A stretch of 64,000 nt of DNA from Camelus dromedarius. Taxonomy: Eukaryota. The notes under the pieces were generated by a model. It searched no databases and was not told the origin of the DNA. It worked only from the letters and a program-made list of their open reading frames with translations. Shown piece after piece: positions 39,821 through 52,000 of the stretch. Position 1 is the first letter of the stretch, and every line of letters starts with the position of its first letter. The DNA lies in NCBI RefSeq assembly GCF_036321535.1, contig NC_087436.1, forward strand, positions 46,502,001-46,566,000, in the 5' to 3' direction. The position numbers were made by a program, and so were the translations under genes.

Positions 39821-39865
39821 GGGAAACAAGGTGAATCAGGAACTAGAGGCCCAAAGGGGTCAAAG
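39821..39865 (+). CDS. COL25A1: COL25A1 coding exon, 45 nt, GKQGESGTRGPKGSK
   Basis: ttcttctataatag|GGG...AAG|gtcagt. Confidence 0.96.
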
Positions 39866-41421
39866 GTCAGTAACTGGGTAACCATTTTAATGTAACAGGA
39901 GGCCTTCAAGAGCTGTGTTCTCTGCCTCTTCCGCAGAGGATCATGTTTTAGATTAAACTCTTTCACACGCTGGAATTGCAGTCCTTTCGTCCCTATGATG
40001 ATATCTCCATATCTCCAAACAATTAATTTGTTTATTTCATCTGTTTGTTTTTGTGTTCTTGTGCTTCAGACCATTCTTTAAGAGAAATTGTATTTCCTGT
40101 TTCATAAGAGTAGCTAATTCAGAAAAAATTAAATATTTAATTTATGAATAGTATAATCTTATTTTTTATTTCCTGGCTATCCTTGTGATAAATGTTCAAA
40201 TTATGCTTTGCTTTAAAGTCAGGTGCATTAAAATTTCACCACCAATTTAAATTCTCTCCTTTATTGTGCTCTCTATAGTACCTATAATCATATATATACA
40301 TGTACTAGTAGCAGAAGCATGTTATTTAAGATGCTTTTAGCTAATAATATGGAAAAGTGGAGAAAGCTGAGAGTAGAAATTATTAACTCCCCATTCACAG
40401 CAAATTTAATTATTAGGGTCAGTGTTATTAGCATAACGTGGATGGAAAAAATTATAATCCCGTCTCCTGCTTATCTTCATTGGTCCTTATCCAGTTTATA
40501 GGAATATTTAGAAAGATGTATAAAAATGATTTGTATTCTATTTAGGAAAAGGGCTCTATAAATTTCAGGCTATTTTAAAGAACCTTCAAAATCTACACAG
40601 TTTCAAATCTCTTCTCCAAAATTCCTGTTTAGACTTCTGAGAATTTTGAGTGTTCTCAGAGAGATGCATGTGCAGTTTGAGGCTTAGACGATTCCTGGTG
40701 TCTTTCCAGGGGTGGGGGTGGGGAGCAATAGCACCATAAATGGAGATTTAGAGACTCTTCATACTGCACTGAAAAAAAAGAGAGAGCTGAGTTTGCCCTG
40801 CTCTTGACCTTCAGCCCTGCCAACCTGGTCCATGTAGCTGCTGTCCACTTCAGCGCTTCCTGAGGGCTAAGAGGTCTGTACCTACAGGGAGCTTTTCCTT
40901 AGATGCTTATCATCAGAGGGAGGCCAAATGGTGACCTTTCCCTCCTAAGTCTCCTTAGAATGAGCTCTCCATTGATCTCTCTATTCCTTCCCTGTCCTGA
41001 TTACCTACATTTTTCTTCTCAGAGAACCCAATTAATTGTTGACTCTTGTCCCTTTGCCCCAAATCTCTTCATATAAAGATAAGAAGAAGGCTCAATCTAA
41101 GAGGTAAAAGCTTACTTTGGGTGTCATAGAAACTACTTGTTTTGCTTTTGAAGATCCCTGGTAAGCAAGTTACCATATATATTGTTGTTTCAAGATACTC
41201 TGTCATCTGAAGGGGGAAATTTAACTCACTTTAAGGTGCATCTTAAAGAAGCATTTGCCATGTCAGTGGTTATTGTACTTCTTCTGGTTGTTATCTTCCA
41301 CTTCAGAAGTTTATATTAAAGGTGCTGCTTGTATGCCATTGAATGCATCCTTATATTTAAGATGTTTCTAGACTGTTGGCCCCACTGCTAATTAGATTTA
41401 TTCTCTTTTCACTGGGGAAAG

Positions 41422-41466
41422 GGTGATCGTGGCGACAAAGGGGACTCTGGAGCCCTGGGACCAAGG
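41422..41466 (+). CDS. COL25A1: COL25A1 coding exon, 45 nt, GDRGDKGDSGALGPR
   Basis: ttctcttttcactggggaaag|GGT...AGG|gtgagt; purine-rich acceptor and strong donor. Confidence 0.94.
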
Positions 41467-42396
41467 GTGAGTGTGTCTCATCTATGCTTTTCACCTCCAA
41501 CAAGCCTAGATTTTAAGTATGTATCTATGTGGATTTTCACAAGGCACTCGCAGTAATGGTACCCAGTAATAGCACTGGAGGTGGACCTCTGTGATTATTC
41601 CTGCTACTCCCCTCTTCTTATTTTTCACTGTAGTCACCAAGAGCAAAGAGTGTGTAGATTCTGACACATGAGATAAGCTTCATAAGAAGAAGGTCTGGAG
41701 AACTCTTTATATCTACTTCCCCCCTGGTAAATGAGCAATATCAGGCCCACAGCCATCCACCTAATAGAACTTTCCATTTTTCAGTTAACCCAATTATAAA
41801 GAAAGCAATAGCCCACATTTTCAGCCTTTTAAAAACACAGTCAGGGAATCAGGACAAGACTAATGGAAATTCAGTGGCAGAGTTACTGAGTAAGGTAGAC
41901 ATCTTGAAAATATTTGTTCTCTACTTGGTTCAGTTGTGATGGAACTCTGTTACTGTTGGGAAAGCCAAGCATTTCCTACAATGCAGTGTTCTGTCTTCTT
42001 GAAGAATGAGGAAGCCCTCTATGAGCTGTAGATGGGGAGAAAGTGGGTAGGGGTTGCTTTAATAAATATGGGTAAAGCCAACAAAATCTTACAAGTCAAA
42101 TCAGATTAGCCTACATATTATAATTTTCAGAAAGTAGTTTTCAAGATTGAACCATCTTTTTTTAAATCCAATTTAATATCTTTAATTTCCACAGATAGGA
42201 AGTTAGAAGCAGTTTGCCTCCTTGAAATAAGGACAAACTTTGAATACGATTACTTATTCTAAAAAGCAGTTGGGAGCTGTTGGGAATTAGTTGAGAATTG
42301 ATGGTCAGAGAGAGCTGCATGTTGCTATTTCTGTTTTTGTCCCTTATATTTCCTAATCTAACCCCTATGATTTTCCCTTGGTTGATTTTTTCATAG

Positions 42397-42474
42397 GGTC
42401 CACCTGGTCAAAAGGGGGATCAGGGAGCCACCGAGATCATAGACTACAATGGCAACCTCCACGAAGCCTTGCAG
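42397..42474 (+). CDS. COL25A1: COL25A1 coding exon, 78 nt, GPPGQKGDQGATEIIDYNGNLHEALQ (end of COL2, start of NC3)
   Basis: gattttttcatag|GGT...TTGCAG|gcaagt; the donor is GC rather than GT. Confidence 0.95.
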
Positions 42475-42505
42475 GCAAGTGACCGCTCCCCCCTCCCACC
42501 GCCAG

Positions 42506-42506
<1 letters not shown>

Positions 42507-42546
<40 letters not shown>
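42507..42546 (+). repeat. (CA)20 microsatellite
   Basis: Perfect run starting 32 nt after the end of exon 42397-42474. Confidence 0.98.
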
Positions 42547-42549
<3 letters not shown>

Positions 42550-42829
42550 ACAATGAAGCTGAGGAGACCCATGTAGTGTGTGTTAATATCAGCTTCGTCC
42601 CCCCACCTCAGATCAAAGGCACTCCACTGCTCAAAGCACACCTTCTCCCTGAACTCCTTAACCCATCTTCTCCCTGCCCCAGTTTATCCTCTTAATATCT
42701 TGGCATTTTACAATCTTTTCTTTTCTTTCCCCTCTACCTTCAGGTTATTCTTTAGTCTTTTCTGGTTTAAATCTTGTATTGGTTTTGCCAATCTTTGTCT
42801 CCTTGCTTAAAAAGTGAGCCTAGCAAAGC

Positions 42830-43070
42830 CATTTAGAGCCCTGTGGCTCTGGACTTGGAGCTGCCTGGGTTCAAATCTCTTGCTTACTAAGTGCATGAGC
42901 TAGGGCAAGTTATTTAGTTCACTGTGCCTCAGTTTTTTCATCTGAAAATGAGGACAACAGCAGTATCTGCCTCAAAACACACATAGGGCTGTTGTGAGGA
43001 ATAAATGTCTAAATACATACTGTGTATTAGAACAGTGCCTGGCACGTAATAAACCCTCTGTAAGTACTTC
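42830..43070 (+). mobile_element. MIR SINE, near full length
   Basis: B box ctgggttcaaatc, core gggcaagttatttagttcactgtgcctcagttttttcatctgaaaatgagg and tail agaacagtgcctggcacgtaataa. Confidence 0.85.
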
Positions 43071-43139
43071 TTATGACTGCTGCCATTCAGTGCTTTTTCT
43101 TTCATTAAGAAAAAACCCATAGACTGCGTGGCTTGTCCT

Positions 43140-44400
43140 CATCACCTTTGCTTCCTAATCATCCTTTTCATACTTAGATCCTTATGTTCTAGCCTATATC
43201 ATCATTTTGTTGAAATTTCTCTTATAGAGGTCAGCAATAAACATCTAGGTCAAGCCCACTGTACTCCTCACTCCTGAGTTTTATGTGACATTTATACTAA
43301 CCACTTTCCTTTTGAATCTTTCTTTCTGGTTTTTCGTACCCTCTACTCTCATGTTCCGATTTTCTTCTTTGACGGATTCACTCTGTTTTAGTATTCCCAG
43401 TTTCTCTGCCTGTTCCCTAATTGGGAGAATCCTCAAGTCTCTGATCTTTTCTTGGTACAGTCACTCCCTCAGTGTTCTCTCGTGTTAAGTCTATCATCTC
43501 CAGGCCTGATCTGCAGACACTCTACCTTTCCAGGAATATTTCCCCTGTGAGTGCAACACTGCCTTGTCAACTTCCACCAGTACACACAATTTACTGGTTA
43601 CCTTTCCCACCTACCAAATGACTCCCTTTCCTAATTCACCAGTTAATGACACCATAAGTTTTCTCATTTATTATCGTGGAAACTTCAGAGTCATTTTTAA
43701 ACTATTCTTAGTCCTTCATCCATTGTATCTCACAGAAGCTACTGTTGCCTTTTTTGAAGTATCTGTCAAGGTTGCCTCCTTCTTTCCATTCCCAACTAGG
43801 TCCGCATCCTGATAATTTCAGGTCTAATGTTGCAATAAGCCCTTAACCATTTCCTCTACCCCCAGTGCCTCCTTACTCCTCTCATCTATCCTGAATATCA
43901 CTCATGGCTAATTTTCCTAAACTATCACTATTTTTGATGACTCTAATCTGTTCAGAAGCCTAAGTGACCCCTTTGCCTACCCTATTGAGACCAAACTTCT
44001 CCATCTGATTTTCAAGGCCCTAAAATCCTGCCTTTCCTGAATAGAATTTTTTTATTTCTCTATATTTATCATATTCATAAAAATCCTCCCTTTTTTTTTT
44101 TCCTGGTTCATCCTTTTTCTTTCTTTCTTTCATCCGTCTAAATCCCATCCAGCAATCCCCTGCTGCCACCCAGATGAGCTCCTGTTCTTAATCCTTTTAA
44201 ACAATTAGCAGTCAGGGCCCAGTAGTTTAACATTTAATTATTCTTAAATACTGTAATTTACTTCAATGTTGCCCCTTACCAGAGTGTAAATTACTTGTTG
44301 ACAGGAAACATGTCTTATGCTTATTTGCATCCTCCAATGTGCCCCACCCAGGTCTGGACATCTAAATAGTAATTAAACTGTTACTGGTTGAGTTAGTGAG
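43140..44400 (+). mobile_element. Degenerate L2 LINE
   Basis: Pyrimidine-rich L2-like body ending in an L2-type 3' tail; highly diverged, boundaries approximate. Confidence 0.6.
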
Positions 44401-45923
44401 TATACTTAGTTCATATGCACAATTCATTTCTTTGCTTGAAAGCTATATTTGTTGTTTTAAATATTTTCCATTTTGCACTTGTTTGAATGTTTTTTTCCAT
44501 CCATATGATTTCACTACCATTATCTAATTATGGTAGATCTATAGTTCTATGGGTTCTTTGTTACAACTATCATTTTTAACTAGTAAAGCATTTATTAAGT
44601 AGTTTTTACAGAATCTGTTTTCAGCTTAGCCTATTTTTCTGTTCTTTTCTTTCTCTTTTCTTCTGGTAAAGCACAAAGCAAAGCATGCTTACTGCTTGGA
44701 GAAACATTGCGTGGGCAGTATGTTCAGTCAACAGCTTGAGTTACTACTCCTCAGTATAGTTTGTTTAGACACAAGCAGTAGCCTCTGGGCTATTGTCAAG
44801 TTCTAGAACCAGTTTTCTAAGTTGTTCCCTTTCTCCACAAGTTGATAACTGTGTGTGTAAAGAAAGAGAGAAAGAACAAGAAGTTTTGTTTACCTACGAT
44901 GTTGTCAAAGTTCTTACTTAAAAAGTATAGGGACACTTCTTTCAACTTCATTAGCAATATTGTAAATTTCCCTTAAACTGCTTCCATTGGCACCATAACT
45001 CTTACTACCACCTTTAAGAGGTATCCACTCTCTTACCTTCCGAGCTTTGCTCCAATGTTATGGGCCATGGCCATTCTGGAGAAGTTGTGGAAGAGTTTTA
45101 AAGCATCATTTGCATGAATAAAGCCCTGCATGAAGCAAGCTACTCTTAGTCTAAAACCAAAATCTGTTTTGATTCCCCCTCTGCTAGTAACTAGCTGAGT
45201 CATTTGGGGGATATCACTTAATATATCTATACTTCATTGACCTGATCTGTAAAATGAGGATGTTTTTGGAATAGATTTTTTTCTAAGAGTCCGTAAACTC
45301 TAATATTATGCTTAGGGTTATTTTTAGGAACTTCTGAATTCTCTTTGTTGATGTGCCTAAGCACACTGACCTTTAAAAAAAAAAAATCTCACATTTACAT
45401 CTTGATATGAAAGGATAGATGTGCTCAGTTTCTTTTTTCACCTCAAGTTCTGTATGAATGTAAACTAGTCAGTATCCATCACTGTCAACTAGTTTATGTT
45501 TATATCTCAACCTAAAGATTTATTCTTATAAGGTTGCTTAGGCAACTATATGCTGTGCTTATAAATAGCTTATAGAAAAATAAATAAATAAATAAATAAA
45601 TACCTATAGTAATTTTTTTCACATCAAAACTATTTGTTTTCTCAACATAGTTGTCTAGGGGATTAAGAGTCCCTAACAAAATAAATTAAGCTAAATAGCC
45701 ACTAGATTGAGAGGAAGTAATAGACATTTGTTCTCCTAATTCTCTAACCAGTGATGGATATTCACAGTTTTGCTGATTTTATTTCACTATTGCCTCCTCT
45801 TAAAAAAAAAAAAAAATCTGCAACAGAATCTGGGGTAGTTAGATAAATAAAAGTATATTACAGTTATAAAAATATCACATTAAAAACATAAAATTTCACT
45901 GATACCGCTATTGAAAATTGTTA

Positions 45924-46570
45924 CGGGTGTATCTCCTTTCATTGTGCTTCACTTTATTGCACTTAGAAGATAATGTGTTTTTTTTTAACAAATTGAAAGT
46001 TTATGGTAACCATGCACCTAGCAAGTCTGTTGGTCCCATTTTTCCAACAGCATTTGCTCACCTCATGTCTCTGAGTCACATTTTGGTAATTCTCACAATA
46101 TTTCAAACTTGTTAACTTTTATTACATTTCTTATGGTGATCTGTGATCAGCGATCTTTGATGTTACTATTGCAAAAAGATTATGACTCTGTGAAGGCTCA
46201 GATGATGGTTAGCATTTTTTAGCAATAAAATATTTTTTATTGAAGTATAGTTGATATACAGTATTATATAAGTTACAGGTGTGCAATATAGTGACTTACG
46301 CTTCTTAAAGGTTTACTCCATTTATAGTTACTGTAAAATATTGGCTATATTCCCTCTGTTGTACGATATGTCCTTGAGCAGTAGAGTATTTTTTAATTAA
46401 GGTATGTACTTTTTTTAGACATAATGCTATTGCACTTAGTAGACTACAGTTTAAACATAACTTTCATATGCACTGGGAAACCAACAATTTCTGTGACTCA
46501 CTTTATTAAAATATTCACTTTATTATGATGTTTTGGAACCCTAACCCACAATATCTCTGAGGTATGTGTG
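45924..46570 (+). mobile_element. Internally deleted Tigger1 derivative containing an L1 insertion
   Basis: Both Tigger1 ends present (cgggtgtatctc ... ctgaggtatgtgtg), TA flanks; same family as 7050-7337. Confidence 0.85.
46234..46376 (-). mobile_element. L1 3' end nested in the Tigger1 derivative
   Basis: tttttattgaagtatagttgatatacagtattatataagttacaggtgtgc...; diverged TSD agcaataaaatattt/agcagtagagtattt. Confidence 0.8.
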
Positions 46571-47488
46571 TATTTACATGAACATTTGTTGTAAGTCATT
46601 TATTTTGATTTTTATTTAAGGTGGTTACGTTTCCACAATTAGCACTAAAACATTTTCATTTCCTAACTCAAGCTTTTAAAATTTCTCAATAACATATAAA
46701 CCAAACCTGTTCTCTAGTGCAAATCATGGGTGATTTTAAGCTTGCATCATTATGAGAAGTGAAAGAAAATAACCTTTAATTCTAAAGAGATTCACATAAG
46801 CATCTCAGAGAAAAAAAATCACAAAGCAGCCTGCTAGCCCTCAACCAATTTACAGTTGCTCTAACTCCTGCTTCCCATTTCACATCACCCCTCAGTGGAG
46901 AATAACGTGTCTTTCTCCATCACTACCAAAAATTCTGGTTTTCAAATCATAACTGAAGTTCAACAGAGAATCCTGCTGAGTTTATGTAGAGGAATCAGAT
47001 ACAAGAAGTCCAGAATGAGCCAACATCTTTAGGGTGTCTCTGAGTGTCTGCACACTGGTTCTTCAGGATAGCAGTAAAAACTATGTTTCTGAGAAGTTAG
47101 CTTAGTTTTCTGTCATTTGTTCTTCTATTAACAGTGTGAAACTTGCCCTGTGTAATTTTCAGATTTCACAAATATACTTATCTAACAAGATTATTTAAAC
47201 TCCATCTGTTAGATATTTCAGTTACCAATAATAATATTCTTTTATTTATGCAATTCATTATAAAAATGTTGCTACGCTTAAATTTTAGAAAAGACAAACT
47301 AGATTTGTATTTAGGTAGAAAATGAATCATGTATGGCGCAGGGTAAAAAATCTTTGAGAGTTCGAATTTTAAACCCCTTCCCTTTCTAAGGTTTTATGAT
47401 TTTGCTTTCTAGTTAAAAATGTAATATGTAATTGGAAGGCAATAATAAAGAAATTATTTCTACTCTATAATTTTCTAATAGGCTTTTT

Positions 47489-47566
47489 AATGTTTATTTT
47501 TTTGTGTGTTAAGGACATTTAACATGAGATCTACCCCCTTAACAAATTCTTAAGTGCACACTACAG
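47489..47566 (-). mobile_element. Short internal L1 3'UTR fragment with TSD
   Basis: Resembles the interior of the L1 at 3930-4165; flanked by ttctaatag(g/c)cttttt direct repeats. Confidence 0.65.
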
Positions 47567-48020
47567 TTCTAATAGCCTTTTTTAAATGACTCATCTACCC
47601 ATATAGGAGCAAAGAAGTAACCTTCTCTTAACCATAAATTCAACTCTTGCTCTAGGTGAATCCTTAAGGAAAGTAAGTGGGATCTTCTGTTACATAGATA
47701 CGATGATATAAAAATCTGGGCCTTGGTTTTTTAACTATTCTTGCCCCCAGTTTGTGGCCATTTTGCCTTTTATCTTAGAAGCACTGGTTGTTTTTTCATA
47801 CCCTGTTTTCTCTGAAGCTCTAATGACCGTGGCTGATTTTATTGCAGAATACAAACATGAACCATCTGTATACATGCATAAATGCATTGTTTTCTAAGGA
47901 TGACACCATGTCACTAAAAACTCGAGTGTTTGAAATGAGATAGATAACATAAGATAATTTTTTACAAGAAAAATAAAAAACAGTATCAACAACTTGAATT
48001 AGAAATTGGATTGGGATATT

Positions 48021-48070
48021 AGAAGGGAAAGTAATGGTATTAACCAGAAGGGAAAGTAATGGTATTAACC
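48021..48070. repeat. Perfect 25-bp tandem duplication
   Basis: agaagggaaagtaatggtattaacc occurs twice, head to tail. Confidence 0.97.
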
Positions 48071-48410
48071 GATATTCACAAATATGCACAAATTCACAAA
48101 TTGACTAACCTCTAGTGTATATGCTATTTTACTACATAATTTTAAAAAATAAGGGCAATGAAAATTTTGACATTTCTTTTTTCTTTATCCATAGATTTTA
48201 AAATTTTAAAAATAATTTTTCAAAGAATCTTTACAATCTGTGGTATTTATTTGAAGATAGGATAATATGTTCTCAGTATCTTGTCAGTTCCTTATCGGAC
48301 ATCAATCTTGCCAAAACATAGTCAAAACGTTGATTATATCAGAAATGTATACTTGTCCTTTGGCACACAAATTAGGTAACTCTGTCTTTATCAATACATT
48401 TTCCCAACAG

Positions 48411-48434
48411 AGGATTACCACCTTAACTGTCACG
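48411..48434 (+). CDS. COL25A1: COL25A1 microexon, 24 nt, RITTLTVT (second half of NC3)
   Basis: cattttcccaacag|AGGATT...GTCACG|gtaact; continues EALQ in frame and matches the recalled human peptide. Confidence 0.93.
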
Positions 48435-49036
48435 GTAACTCCTATTGCATGATTTCTGTGGTTTGTGACTGTATTTGGTGTTGATGCATGCTGGTATAAT
48501 GGTACTAATGTAGCAGTTGTTTTTATCTGAGATTTAATTTTATGTTTTCTTATTTTAGTAACCTTTTACAACATTTGTCCCAGTTGGATCACTTTGCTTA
48601 GTGAAAAGTCAGGAAAAAATGTTATTTTTCTTAAAAGTCTTTGGCCTTATCTTAATAATATGGCTTTGTTCTTTAGTGTTTGGGAAATCAAAGTCTTTGT
48701 TAGGGGAGGGGAGAAGTGTTTCTAGAAACACAGGTAATATTAGGAAGCTAATTCAACCCGAAAAGATGAGGGTGGGACATAGCAGCAATTTTACATTGTC
48801 TTACAGATCAACTCTAAAGCATTATTTTGACCTAAGTGTGTTGCAGTTTTTTGCATGTAAGTAGGTAGTTTTTATAATTCTATAACCAGTGAAATGTTTC
48901 CTCTTTGAAAATCAGTACCAGAGGGTATTTGATTATGATAGAAATTAGGGAGATGTGTAGTGTACTTATTATTTAAAACATACATTTTAATACATTTACT
49001 TGCTACTTTTTAAAACTTTGTCTTTTCTGAATTTAG

Positions 49037-49081
49037 GGTCCCCCTGGACCACCTGGACCTCAAGGACTACAAGGGCCAAAG
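49037..49081 (+). CDS. COL25A1: COL25A1 coding exon, 45 nt, GPPGPPGPQGLQGPK (start of COL3)
   Basis: tctgaatttag|GGT...AAG|gttatt (weak donor). Confidence 0.95.
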
Positions 49082-52000
49082 GTTATTCTTTATTTTACTT
49101 GTTTCCATTTACAACATATGGTGCAGAGAATTCCATATTAAATGTGTGTGTCTTTGAAAAATCAATCTTATAAAATACTGAAGGAGCTGAAATCACCAAT
49201 ATTGCTTAAAAGAGCTTAGAATAGAAATTGAGGTCTGGGCTGAAGGAAGAGGGATTCAGAAAAAAGAAAAATTAGGAAAGAAGGGAGGGAAATAGAAATG
49301 GCATTAAATTTAGAGAGAGGAAAACAGAATATTAAACAAGGGAAAAACAAGTTTCACAGAAATCATAAAGGTAAAGAAACACTAAAGGTGGTGTATGGAA
49401 AAAGGAAAATATTTAAATAGAGGAGGATTGAAGGAAAATTTACTCTGACACTAAAAAGACCCTTTCTTTCAATTCTTTTGTAATTAAAAAAGAAAAGAAA
49501 AGAAAAGAAAAGCCTTAGCATGATGCATTCACAAATGACAATTTTAGGAAACATTTTCAGTCATTTTTATAACACATCCTGTTACATACATTCAACTATT
49601 CCACAATTTAAATTTCATCTAATAAAACATAAAAACACTGAACAGTAGAAACTTAGAATTACTTGAGTATATCTGAAGTTTGTTGGTTGCATTAACTTTA
49701 TCTCTCCAAACTAAAGATTATTCAACCACGTTTGATCAAGTAACACATGGCCAGTGACTGGCTTTTCAGAGCTACACGTGTTGAAATATGACTTTCATCA
49801 TGGGGTTTTTTTGTAGGTGATTCAAATAGTGTTGAAATCCATCTTTTGTTTATGTCTCTTATAGCAGTTTATTTGCCAAGTCTATCACACACACACACAC
49901 ACACACCAGCTTTTGTACCTTTCTCTTTCAAGATACTTAAAATAGAATGCTAGCATATAGAAACAAGTATTTTTCTGTTATAAAAAAGAATGTATAGTAG
50001 AATGTTACTGAGGTCTTCAGCTATATTTAGAGATATATTTAGAACATAGACTCTAATTCAGACACATTTCATGTGCAGCATTAATGTAAGTTTGGGGGAA
50101 TTTTTTTACTTTCTATTTCTCCACCAAATTCTAGTCCCTGAGAGATATAACCCAAAAGATGCTCCATTCAAATGCAGTCTTTATTCTTGGCAAGCAAGTT
50201 GGCCTGGATCCTTATTCTTTAATATCTTGGTCAGCTGGGCTAGAAAACCCAGAAGGAAATCTGCAGATTCCTTTTTCTTCTGTGTGGAGTCAACCAAGAC
50301 ATAAGTTCCTTGCTTTTTCCCACTCACTGGACTAAGTCTCCAGAACCAAAATTGTCCTCAATGCTAAATATGTACCTTTTTCAGTACAAACCTCAAAAAC
50401 TTTGGGGACTTGACTCTTCTTTGCAGCCCAAAGGCCTACAGAAATCCAAAAGACACTTGAGCCAAAAGAGGCAAGAAGGACTACCTAGCCAAGAAGGCTG
50501 TATCATTAAAACCTGCATCCCCTGTGTTTTATAATGCAATTGCTATTCACTTATTAATTCTATTTATCAATAATTAATTTGTGGGTCTCTATTTCATGAT
50601 AAGTACTATATCTAGTAAAGATACTAGGAAATAGTAAAGCATTTCAACAAGGAGCTTTCAGCCTACAGAGGGAGAAAGGCAAGCAAATGCATAATTATTA
50701 ATGAATAGAGTGAGTGCTTTGGTTAAGATGCATATGGAAGCTTCTCTCAGTCTTGGGGTTAAGGATGACTGAGCTGAAACTGAGAAGCAGGGGGTAATTG
50801 GCCAAATGAATGTCTAGACAAAAGGGGTGGGAGGAGGGGCTTAGTCCCACTACCTCACCTCTTACCCCTGCCACTTCCCACTGTGCCATCAGTCTACCCC
50901 ACCTCACACCCCTGCAGTGACCGTGTAATTGAGATCTTGGGTCAGTTGGTATAGTCCTTTATGCTTTCCATGATCACTCCTTGAGAAGGTTGAGATAATC
51001 AAGGTAAGATGTGACCAGGAGTCAGCAGATGCAGCGAGAGTCAAATATAAAACCCAGTCTCCCTCCGGACTCCCAGCCTCAGACTGAATGGGCACCTTTT
51101 CAATTAGCGTTGCTCCTTCCTTTATCAAACAAGGACTGCTTGACTTCTTATACATCAAATGACTCTTAACAATATTTTTGGTGGGTGAAGGATAAATGAA
51201 TAACTCATGAATTATATTTTTCTTTAAAACATTTGTGGGTCACATTTTGAAGGTATAAACTTAAGCAACTATTATTGGACCCAGAGTGCTTACAAGTATT
51301 CATACTGAATGAGCCTAAGGCTTAGCCAGTTTCATTCAACCTCAGCAGACTTGTTTGTGACAAAATAAACGTTGTCGTTACCACAAAGAGCAGGAAATCT
51401 GGAATTTTAAAAAGGTCTTTTTTTTCTTTTTTTCATTTGTTTCTCATGCCTTCCTTTAACATTTGGAAGGCTCAAATTTCATTGTGACCAATAGTTCTTA
51501 AAGTTTTTACCAAGGAAAGGAGCTCTAGCCATTTCAATATTGTGGTTTATAACGTCATCAAGCAAGCTCTTCTAGAAAAATGCAGCCTCAAGTCAGCTCC
51601 CTTGGAAATCTGTCTGTGGGGCAGGCCATTCACACTCAAAAGACCTGTTTTTGCTAAGTTTCCATAGGGTGAGAAGCAAAAATGTTTATAATGGGATCTA
51701 CACATGACTCATTGATATAAAATAATATCTTGCCTTTCAAGCAGTTGGTTTGTTCAGTACCTTTCTGACCAAAAGGTAATTAGACATTCGTTGTTTGAGT
51801 AAATCTCTAGCACATTGTTTAAATTTGTTTTCAGTGGAACATCTTCAGTTAAGAAAAAATAAATCCGTATATTTTGGGTTTGTCAAGGGTTCTAATAAAT
51901 CATTATATTAATAGTAAATTTAGTTCATTCCTAGCATAGTATAGGAAATTGAATTGATCCAAAAGTAATTTTATGAGGATTAAGATATTATCTGATTTAT

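Noticed and set aside
40708..40723. G-quadruplex candidate
   Set aside because: Only three G-runs, and no supporting context.
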